Assembly: GCA_964526225.1 (NCBI GenBank)
Contig: CAZGLL010000004.1
Coordinates: 3,455 to 67,454 of the forward strand
Direction of reading: 5' to 3'
DNA: 64,000 nucleotides
Origin: an uncultured Desulfurococcales archaeon
GTDB lineage: Archaea; Thermoproteota; Thermoprotei_A; EX4484-217-1
The notes under the pieces are model-generated. The model made no database searches and was not told where the DNA came from. It was given only the letters and a program-made list of their open reading frames with translations. Numbering within the stretch: the first letter of the stretch is position 1; each line of letters opens with the position of its first letter. This document shows, one piece after another, positions 37,836 to 44,941 of the stretch. The translations under genes were made by a program, and so were the position numbers.

Positions 37836-38653
37836 TTGCAATTAAAACATGGTATAGAGATGGTAAAGCAGTTGTCTGTAAAAGATTACGCACTAGGTTA
37901 TTTACTAGGGTTTACACTTGGTGATGGAACTATAACTATCGACTTAAAGAGATATGATTACAGAGTAAGATGGTTTATTAATCCTGTAGGAGAAGATGAC
38001 ATAGCATTGTTTATTAAGTCCTTAATTAAGTTACTAAAAAGGAATGCTAAGGTAAATGACTACATAGAACGGAATTCACATAAGAGAACAATATCTTTTC
38101 GTTCTAAGCACTTGATTATAATAATGCAGGGTCTTAAAACAAAGTTATTAAATGGTATGTTAAGCATAGATTGTTTAAGTACCTCTATGTTGATAGGGTT
38201 CCCCTCTTTATATGTTTTTATATGATTTGTCATCGGTTCATCCTTTCCCCCACGGTCGCTCGGGCTTCACCGGTCATTGCGGGGGCGTTCACCGCCGACC
38301 CCAGGCGACGGCACATCTACACATAACGTTCTCTCAATCAATAATATAAATATAACGCAACTAAAAAACATATACGATCATATAAAAAGTGCTACGGCAT
38401 ACTATGTGGTCTAATTGATTCTGATGGCAATATCGAACTCATGTACTATTATGAACCTTTAATCAGAATCACTACTACTAATAAAAGGCTATTTGTCCTT
38501 GTTAAGAACATAGTTAATAAACTCAAGATTGAGTATTTTTCATCTATGAACAAGAGAAGGTTTCTTATATTCATAAAACTTAGAAAGCTACCTTATATTA
38601 TGCCTTGCGTCAAGGTCTTAAGATTTATTCTAAATAATAGGAACGGCATATAA
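37836..38653 (+). pseudogene. Disrupted double-motif LAGLIDADG homing-endonuclease gene inside the tRNA-Gln intron, antisense to the tRNA
   Basis: Motif 1 is [16 protein letters not shown] in ORF 37836..38225 (frame 0). Motif 2 is LCGLIDSDGNIE in an open frame from 38345 to 38653 (frame +2). The two halves are separated by stop codons and a 2-nt frame shift spanning a GC-rich ~120-nt segment. A TATA-like ctttatttta lies ~20 nt upstream of 37836. Confidence 0.7.
38226..38344. other. GC-rich hairpin-forming insertion separating the two halves of the LAGLIDADG ORF
   Basis: The segment is locally ~65% GC in an AT-rich context. It has imperfect inverted arms (cggtcgctcggg ... cccaggcgacgg) and a TTCACCG direct repeat. 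No reading frame is maintained across it. Confidence 0.45.
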
Positions 38654-38716
38654 AACATTTACTTAATGGTAAAGTTGCAGAAGAAAAAGAGGAGGGGTTA
38701 GGCGGTCCGGCGCGGG

Positions 38717-38754
38717 CCAGAGCCCCGCATCCTTGACCGCTAGACGACCCGGCT
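38717..38754 (-). tRNA. tRNA-Gln(CUG) 5' exon (positions 1-37)
   Basis: See the parent feature. Acceptor AGCCGGG pairs with CCCGGCU of the 3' exon. Confidence 0.75.
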
Positions 38755-38856
38755 TCTTTTTAGTCAGAAAATAACTATGTGTATAGGGGTTTTAAGGGTT
38801 TCTTTAAAATCTAAATAAGTTAAGCTTATATTATATGTGTTACATGTATTACAGAG

Positions 38857-39360
38857 GTGACAGAGGTGTCTGAAAATAAGGGAAAGCCTGAAGAAGAGGA
38901 TAAGGGTAAGAAGAAAACTGTTACGATTAGGAATATTGATGAAGAACTCTACGCTAAAGCATCGGCTCTCGCAAAGAGCATAGGAGAATCTGTAGGAGAA
39001 ATAATCAATGAAGCCCTTAGAGCGTTCCTAGCGATAGCTGAAGGATCAATAGGGTTTGCTCAGAAAGTAAAGGAGGGCGTCGAAGCAACAATGAAAACGA
39101 CCACTGTAAGCGACCTAGAAGAATTAACAATAACGAGTAAGGATTTAGAGGAAATTGAAGGAAGAGTAAGGTTCAGGAACATTAAGAAACTTGTAGTGGA
39201 CAACAGTGTAACATGGGAACTTTTCGATAAGAAAATCGCGTCAATAGTTTTCGTAGACAAAGTAGTGCTTCCTAAACACATACCTAAGCTTAAAGCGCTC
39301 TCAAAAATGAAGCTTGTAAAGAAAATTGAACAATTTAAAGAGGAAGAAGAGGGTAGTTGA
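38857..39360 (+). CDS. Acidic hypothetical protein with an N-terminal ribbon-helix-helix-like segment
   Basis: 167 aa. TVTIRNIDEELYAKASALAKSIGESVGEIINEALRAFL resembles the RHH/CopG beta-strand-helix-helix pattern. The rest is Glu/Lys-rich. Confidence 0.35.
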   Translation: MTEVSENKGKPEEEDKGKKKTVTIRNIDEELYAKASALAKSIGESVGEIINEALRAFLAIAEGSIGFAQKVKEGVEATMKTTTVSDLEELTITSKDLEEIEGRVRFRNIKKLVVDNSVTWELFDKKIASIVFVDKVVLPKHIPKLKALSKMKLVKKIEQFKEEEEGS

Positions 39361-39994
39361 AAACAGATTTAGTGATAAAGTGTAATCCAAAAACTATAAG
39401 TAATAAGCCTAAAGCTGCAATAAAATACCTATATCTTTTCTCTTTTAAAACATTCCTACCTATAAAAGACATATGAGCTGTCACCATAAGCCATACATAA
39501 TCCATCCATACGTGAGCTATGTATATTAGTGGCAAGAAAATATAGGGAAGAATCCTTAAAGTTGCATAAATAAATGTTGAACCTATAAATAGCCACCACA
39601 AGATGAAGAACGGATTGAAAGCTGAAAGAGCAATACCCATGAATAGAGGTCCCTTACTTCCGAATTTGTTAAGAAACGAACTATTTAAACTAGCACCTTT
39701 ACTCTTTAAAGCATCAACTAATTCCAAAATTCCAAAAATAATCATTGTTAATCCCCCTAAAACACCTAGTAGTAAAGCTACTTCACCAATCATTATGACC
39801 GAGAATATTCCGAAAGCAATCATTAAGAAAAGCGGAAATTCAACAATAGTATGGCCGATGGACATTTTTAAACCGGCTTTCCACCCTTCTCTTGATCCGA
39901 AGATGAGGTTTGTAACGAATAATGGTCCTGGAGCTAAAGCTCCGGTAGCTGTTAAAACCTGAATAGTAATTATAAGGTTAATTAAGGGATCCAA
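39335..39994 (-). CDS. Polytopic membrane protein
   Basis: 219 aa with 6-7 hydrophobic helices. Confidence 0.45.
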   Translation of the reverse strand: MDPLINLIITIQVLTATGALAPGPLFVTNLIFGSREGWKAGLKMSIGHTIVEFPLFLMIAFGIFSVIMIGEVALLLGVLGGLTMIIFGILELVDALKSKGASLNSSFLNKFGSKGPLFMGIALSAFNPFFILWWLFIGSTFIYATLRILPYIFLPLIYIAHVWMDYVWLMVTAHMSFIGRNVLKEKRYRYFIAALGLLLIVFGLHFITKSVFNYPLLPL

Positions 39995-39995
39995 G

Positions 39996-40667
39996 TTACT
40001 CTAAACCTTCTATTTCTCTTTCAAGCTTGTCAAGGAAGTTTATCATGTACTCATATCTTTTAATAGCTAATTTTTTTCCCTTACGTGTCCACATAAGGTC
40101 TTTTAATTTGAACAGTTTCTCATAGAAATGGTCTATTGCTTCATCCAAAGTTCTCCTCTTATAAGCGGACTCCATAAAGACCCTCATTATCCCCACAGCA
40201 CCTAAAGCGTCAAGCTTATCTGCATCGCTAAGAATCATTCCCTCAACTGTTTTGGGCTTATGTCCCAGGGTGAAACTATGGGATAAAATAGCGTCCTTTA
40301 CTTTCTCAATGAATTCCCTTGGAAAACCGTATTGCTCAAGAATTCTCTGAGCCATTTCAGCGCTTAAAATGGCATGATGCTTATGTAAATCTTGTTCCTC
40401 TATTCTTCCAACATCATGTAGGAGAACAGCCAACTTTAATGCGGCGGAATCATATTTTCCCTTATATTCCTCAGCTAATTTGAAAGCTAACTTCATAACT
40501 CTTTCAACATGTGGAAATCCATGAACAGGGTCATTTCCTAAGGTTTCTCTAACTAAATCCTCTATATCCTTAATAGCTTTGTTCTTTGACCCATTGTCGC
40601 TTCGAGAGTCATCTTTCAGTTTACTAAGCTTCTCAGATAAAGTCTTTAATGTGGAATGTTTGCTCAT
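39996..40667 (-). CDS. HD-domain phosphohydrolase
   Basis: 223 aa with the HD motif GFPHVERV...LLHDVGR. Confidence 0.85.
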   Translation of the reverse strand: MSKHSTLKTLSEKLSKLKDDSRSDNGSKNKAIKDIEDLVRETLGNDPVHGFPHVERVMKLAFKLAEEYKGKYDSAALKLAVLLHDVGRIEEQDLHKHHAILSAEMAQRILEQYGFPREFIEKVKDAILSHSFTLGHKPKTVEGMILSDADKLDALGAVGIMRVFMESAYKRRTLDEAIDHFYEKLFKLKDLMWTRKGKKLAIKRYEYMINFLDKLEREIEGLE

Positions 40668-40755
40668 TTCGAACTATCACCTATTTTCCCCGTTTTCTAC
40701 AGCATTAAACATGGTCTTCAATATAAATATTTTGACCTAATATCTCTCGTAAGCT

Positions 40756-41010
40756 TTAAGGGTCTCTGTTGGCGTTGGAAAGAATTATTTCTATGAGTGT
40801 ACCTTCATTGTCAGGTAATCCTTCAAACACTTCTTTCCCATTGACTAACATAATGGGTATTTCGGTATCCGAATCTTTCACTTCAAATTCTACTTGTTTA
40901 CCTAAATTTTCCTCAAGAATATCTCTTATCTCCATAAACCAATCCTTTAATGTTTTTACATAGTAGCTATTCTCCATACCGATAATTGTAACTTTAACTT
41001 TATCAGACAT
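40756..41010 (-). CDS. Small hypothetical protein
   Basis: 84 aa with coding-like composition. No motif was recognised. Confidence 0.3.
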   Translation of the reverse strand: MSDKVKVTIIGMENSYYVKTLKDWFMEIRDILEENLGKQVEFEVKDSDTEIPIMLVNGKEVFEGLPDNEGTLIEIILSNANRDP

Positions 41011-41139
41011 TGTTCCGTTCCTCTTAGGATCGAGACTATTCGCTTATTTGGGTACTTGAGTTTTGGAAGCTATGGTAGCATTTAAATACTTTACTGTCTA
41101 AAAGAAGTACTTTAAAAGTAAGAGTTAGGATCCGAGATG

Positions 41140-41275
41140 TGGGGCTCCGTGGTTCAGTAGAGGTCCTGAAAGCCCCCGATGGAAATGAAACTCCGAACCT
41201 GATGAAGGGGAAGCCCGTGCAAGCATTCAAAGCATCGAAAATACACAAAAGATAAAGCACGGGCAACCACATACT
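41140..41275. ncRNA. Candidate structured non-coding RNA / regulatory element in a divergent intergenic region
   Basis: A GC-rich island lies in an AT-rich spacer. Nested stems include GGGGCU...AGCCCC enclosing UUCAG...CUGAA, plus GCCCGUGC ... GCACGGGC (8 bp) and CGAUG...CAUCG. The only ORF here (41036..41272, minus strand) is low-complexity and is rejected. Confidence 0.2.
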
Positions 41276-41354
41276 TATCTACTTCCTTTCTAGATATAGT
41301 TAGAGCAGAAGCATTACCAATTTTTTGATTATAAGCTTTTAGGGATGGTCAGGT

Positions 41355-42542
41355 TTGAGACTGGAAATTCCTAGGTATCTTGAAAGGTTTGGTGCGGTTA
41401 AAATATACGACGTGCAAAGAGTGATAGAGATTGATGGTGGAGCATCTAAGGAACATAGTGAGGTTTTTGTTTTAAGATTCACTAATGCCGAACTTGGAGA
41501 AGTAGAATCTAACATGGCAATAGTTGTTCCTGTTAAAAATGAGAATCCTAAAGTTCTTGAGGGAGTAATAAGCGGAATCCCTCATGACGTACTTGTCATT
41601 GTCGTTTCTAATTCTACAAGAGAACCCATAGATAGGTACCAAATAGAGTTAGATACGCTCTTAAACCATTATAGGTTCTCCAGAAGACCCATGGTTATTG
41701 TCCATCAGAAAGATCCAGCATGGGCCGAAGCGCTAAGGAAAGTAGGTTATTATGACATTTTAGATAGTAGCAGCGAAGCGGTTAGAGACGGTAAGGGAGA
41801 AGGTATGATTCAAGGGCTAATTTTAGCAAAAGCATTAGGTAGAAAGTATGTAGGTTTCGTAGATTCAGATAACTACATTCCAGGAGCAGTATATGAGTAC
41901 GTCAAAATCTACGGGGCAGCTTTTCTATCTTCGAGAACAGACTACGTAATGGTAAGAATAAGGTGGCCTTATAAAACAAAGTTTAGCGGTAGGGGATTCT
42001 ACTTTAGAAGAAGAGGCAGAGTCTCTGAGATAACGAATAGATACATGAATCTCCTAATAGGGAGGCTAACACATTTCGAAACAGACATTGTTAAAACAGC
42101 AAATTCAGGAGATCACGCAATGAGTATTAAGTTAGCTGAGGAACTTGCTTTTGCAGAAGGATTCGCTATAGAACCGTATGAGCTCATGTTCATATTTGAG
42201 GAATTCGGAGGTTTCATTAAGAAAATAGCTAATAAGGAAGTAGCTTCTAAAGGTATTGAAATTTTTCAAATAGAACCTAGAAATCCACATGTACATGAGG
42301 AAAGAGGAACAGAACATATTAATGAAATGCTTCTTAAATCCCTTTCAACAATATATCATAGCAAACTATGTGGTAAGGAACTTAAAAAACAAATACTTAA
42401 TGAACTCAGAATTAGAGGTATTCTGAAGGAAAATGAGGAACCACCAAAAATAAGGACTATAAGGCCTATTAAAAACGTGGACGTTAAAAAGGTCTTAGAA
42501 ATTTTAGGGGGAAAAGCGGAATCATTGATATTGGCTGAGTAG
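41355..42542 (+). CDS. mpgS: Mannosyl-3-phosphoglycerate synthase (GT55 family)
   Basis: 395 aa. It shows strong collinear similarity to archaeal MpgS as recalled from memory (VVPVKNE, GKGEGM, YVGFVDSDNYIPGAVYEYVK, GRVSEITNRYMNLL, GIEIFQIEPRNPHVHEERGTEHINEMLL, TIYHSKL, ENEEPPK). Confidence 0.8.
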   Translation: MRLEIPRYLERFGAVKIYDVQRVIEIDGGASKEHSEVFVLRFTNAELGEVESNMAIVVPVKNENPKVLEGVISGIPHDVLVIVVSNSTREPIDRYQIELDTLLNHYRFSRRPMVIVHQKDPAWAEALRKVGYYDILDSSSEAVRDGKGEGMIQGLILAKALGRKYVGFVDSDNYIPGAVYEYVKIYGAAFLSSRTDYVMVRIRWPYKTKFSGRGFYFRRRGRVSEITNRYMNLLIGRLTHFETDIVKTANSGDHAMSIKLAEELAFAEGFAIEPYELMFIFEEFGGFIKKIANKEVASKGIEIFQIEPRNPHVHEERGTEHINEMLLKSLSTIYHSKLCGKELKKQILNELRIRGILKENEEPPKIRTIRPIKNVDVKKVLEILGGKAESLILAE

Positions 42543-42655
42543 TTTTCGGACTCAATTTAGTTTAATATAAGTTTTTCGCATTAACCACTATATTTCTCTA
42601 TTTTGGAAAGCATTATTTAATTATTTCAAATCCTTAAACTCTAAGGGATTACCTT

Positions 42656-43147
42656 ATGAAGCTAACAGTAGCTTCTGCTCATCTACCAACAGCACCTAAG
42701 GTTCAAAGAGTATTAGTACATGATAGTTCTAAATGTACTGCTTGCTGCACCTGTATGATAGCTTGTGCTATGAGGCATTTTGGTATAGCCGATCTTAAAA
42801 AGTCATTTATAAAGATAGTATTTAACGAGAAACTTCAAGCTTTCGAAGCAGTATATTGTCATCACTGCGATAATCCTTTCTGTATGAATATATGTCCTGC
42901 AGATGCTATTTCGAAAGACGAAGTTACAGGTATTGTTAGAATAAATCCGCTTATTTGTGTAGGTTGTGGTTCATGCAACTATGCTTGTCCTTTAGGTGTT
43001 CCAAGGAGAGATCCTCAAATGCATGTTGCTGTAAAGTGTGATTTATGCGAAGGAGATCCGGAATGTGTTAAACAATGTCCTACTCAAGCTTTAAGATATG
43101 TTCCCAGAGAAGAAGCATACTCATTCTTAACTGAGAAATACAGGTGA
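42656..43147 (+). CDS. CooF/HycB-like polyferredoxin (4x[4Fe-4S])
   Basis: 163 aa with four CxxCxxCxxxCP-type motifs (CTACCTCMIAC, CHHCDNPFCMNICP, CVGCGSCNYACP, CDLCEGDPECVKQCP). Confidence 0.8.
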   Translation: MKLTVASAHLPTAPKVQRVLVHDSSKCTACCTCMIACAMRHFGIADLKKSFIKIVFNEKLQAFEAVYCHHCDNPFCMNICPADAISKDEVTGIVRINPLICVGCGSCNYACPLGVPRRDPQMHVAVKCDLCEGDPECVKQCPTQALRYVPREEAYSFLTEKYR

Positions 43148-43153
43148 AACGCT

Positions 43154-44299
43154 ATGTTTTTCGAAGTAGTTGCAACACTTGGAATAATAACTTTAGCTAT
43201 TCCCGCATTCTTAGCTTTAGTAGAGGACGATATTAAAAGAATAATTGCCTATTCAACGGTTAGCCAAATGGGTTACATTGTTTATAGTATAGGCATAGGA
43301 ACAGTTTTAGGCGTTGCCGGCGCTTTATTCCACGTAATAAACCATGCATTATTAAAGTCAATGCTATTCTTAGCGGCTGGAGCTGTGATCTACGCTACCG
43401 GAACAAGAAATATTAGAGAACTTGGCGGCCTAGCATATAAAATGCCAGTTACTGCTACGGCTATTCTGATAGGAGGTCTTTCAGTAGCTGGACTACCTCC
43501 CTTAAACGGTTTCGCAAGTAAGCTCTTAATTTACGAAGCTGGATTTGAAAGAGCATTTCACGACCCAACATTTATAGGTAGGCTTTACCTACTTTACACG
43601 GTAATCGCGATTTTCATCGGCGCAGTAACGCTTCTCTACTTTATGAGGCTCTTCTATTCTGTATTTCTCGGTATGCCCTCTAAACTCGCTGAAAAAGCGA
43701 AGGACCCGCCTGTTGCTATGAAGACATCACTAATATTGTTAATGGTGATTTCTATAATATTTGGAATATTCCCGCAAATTCCTGTAGGTTTCATAGTGAA
43801 CCCTGCTTTAGCATACATGTTTCCGAAGGCTGGTTTACCCTTAAGTATTTCATATTTTGGCTACAGCACTAACGTAGGCTTCTACACAGCAACATTATTA
43901 ACAATAGTTTTACTAGTAACAGCCAGTATATCGTATGCAATATACGTTTCAGGAAAGAAACTATATGAAAAAGTTACCATAACGCCACCTGTTGTAAGAG
44001 AGTTACATGAGTTCAAATACGAGGTATTTACAGGTGGAGAATATGGAGGCGAACTTTTGCCTCTTGAAGAATTGAAGATTACACCTGAAGAGTTCAACTT
44101 TGCTCTTAAGGAATCATTTTCTTCACTATACAGTTTCTCTAAAGAAGGAGGTATTGAAGGGGTTATTTCGTACATGTTCCATGAGTTTCTAAGTAAAGTA
44201 AGAGAATTAGACATTATAAGATATGTTAAAGTTAGCTCATACGTTCTCGTTTACATATTATTCTTCGTAATAATGCTTTTCCTCGCAACAGCTATGTAG
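43154..44299 (+). CDS. Truncated NuoL/M/N-EchA/MbhH-like antiporter-type membrane subunit (H'-like)
   Basis: 381 aa. It begins at the conserved mid-protein KRIIAYSTVSQMGYIV motif of proton-pumping antiporter-like subunits. The N-terminal ~220 aa of the full-length family are absent. Confidence 0.7.
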   Translation: MFFEVVATLGIITLAIPAFLALVEDDIKRIIAYSTVSQMGYIVYSIGIGTVLGVAGALFHVINHALLKSMLFLAAGAVIYATGTRNIRELGGLAYKMPVTATAILIGGLSVAGLPPLNGFASKLLIYEAGFERAFHDPTFIGRLYLLYTVIAIFIGAVTLLYFMRLFYSVFLGMPSKLAEKAKDPPVAMKTSLILLMVISIIFGIFPQIPVGFIVNPALAYMFPKAGLPLSISYFGYSTNVGFYTATLLTIVLLVTASISYAIYVSGKKLYEKVTITPPVVRELHEFKYEVFTGGEYGGELLPLEELKITPEEFNFALKESFSSLYSFSKEGGIEGVISYMFHEFLSKVRELDIIRYVKVSSYVLVYILFFVIMLFLATAM

Positions 44300-44311
44300 G
44301 GTGTAAAGCTT

Positions 44312-44941
44312 ATGGTGCCAAAGGACGTACCTGAAAAATTAGGAGAAATGGTGGTTGAAGTTTATTCGACAGGACCTAAAAGATACATTCTAACGCTTAG
44401 CAGTTACGATAAAATACGTGAGGCTGCGAAAATACTTTTTGATGAAGGCTTCAGAATATCTACAATAACAACTTTAGACCGTGGCTTCTACTTTGAACTA
44501 CTTTACCACTTCGTTAAAAAGAACGTTATTGCATCAATTAAAATACTTGTTCCGAAAGGTGAAAGTAAAGTACCTTCAATAACACCTATCATTCCGGGAG
44601 CTAACTGGTTAGAGAGAGAAGTTAGAGATCTCTTCGGAATAGAGTTTGTAGATCATCCTGAACCTAGAAGGGTTGTTTTACCTCCTGATTGGAAGGATGA
44701 GCCACCGCTTAGAAAACCTGTTGCTCCAGAGTTGCCAGAAACTTACGCTAACTACTTTATGTCGCTAGCAACTAAGGCAGCGCTTGCATCCTTAAGCGGC
44801 TTAGCTAAGAGAAGAAGGAAACAAATGGGATTACCTGAAGTTGTAACGCCAGTTCATGAATCTAAAGATGTAATTGATGAAGTAAAGAAGATTTCGAAGG
44901 AGCTAAAAATTGATAGAAAAGTTCCCATAGGAGGGAAGTGA
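44312..44941 (+). CDS. NuoC/EchD-like hydrogenase subunit
   Basis: 209 aa with the NuoC signature ANWLEREVRDLFGIEFVDHP. Confidence 0.8.
   Translation: MVPKDVPEKLGEMVVEVYSTGPKRYILTLSSYDKIREAAKILFDEGFRISTITTLDRGFYFELLYHFVKKNVIASIKILVPKGESKVPSITPIIPGANWLEREVRDLFGIEFVDHPEPRRVVLPPDWKDEPPLRKPVAPELPETYANYFMSLATKAALASLSGLAKRRRKQMGLPEVVTPVHESKDVIDEVKKISKELKIDRKVPIGGK

Larger units (their letters stand above)
37720..38754 (-). tRNA. tRNA-Gln(CUG) gene interrupted by a 959-nt intron at the canonical 37/38 position
   Basis: The 5' exon (38754..38717) reads AGCCGGGUCGUCUAGCGGUCAAGGAUGCGGGGCUCUGG (acceptor, D-arm, anticodon stem 5' strand, U33, anticodon CUG, G37). The 3' exon (37757..37720) reads CCCCCGUGACCGGGGUUCGAAUCCCCGCCCGGCUACCA (anticodon stem 3' strand, 4-nt V-loop, T-arm with UUCGAAU, acceptor, A73, encoded CCA). 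The splice sites fall in two 3-nt bulges separated by a 4-bp helix (C32-U35 paired with intron ggag). A 2-bp helix and then a 17-bp perfect helix (38694-38710 with 37768-37784) lie beyond. This is a canonical hBHBh' motif. Confidence 0.8.

Noticed and set aside
37720-38754. Alternative tRNA model: intron at non-canonical 43/44 with anticodon stem GCGGG/CCCGC entirely in the 5' segment (anticodon UCU, Arg)
   Set aside because: That model gives C33 instead of the near-universal U33. It leaves the downstream GGGGGAGAACCCCC hairpin unexplained and produces no bulge-helix-bulge at the junctions. The 37/38 model gives U33, G37, a 5-bp anticodon stem built from both segments and a textbook hBHBh'.
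37720-38754. Interpretation as two independently transcribed split-tRNA halves (Nanoarchaeum/Caldivirga style)
   Set aside because: Not excluded. Disfavoured because both halves are on the same strand, in 5'-then-3' order, and the junction forms a cis-type BHB. No separate promoter is apparent for the 3' half. Only transcript mapping can decide.
41036-41272. 78-aa minus-strand ORF in the spacer upstream of mpgS
   Set aside because: Low-complexity, Ser/Leu/Phe-rich translation that covers a GC-rich hairpin region. More likely non-coding (see the ncRNA candidate).
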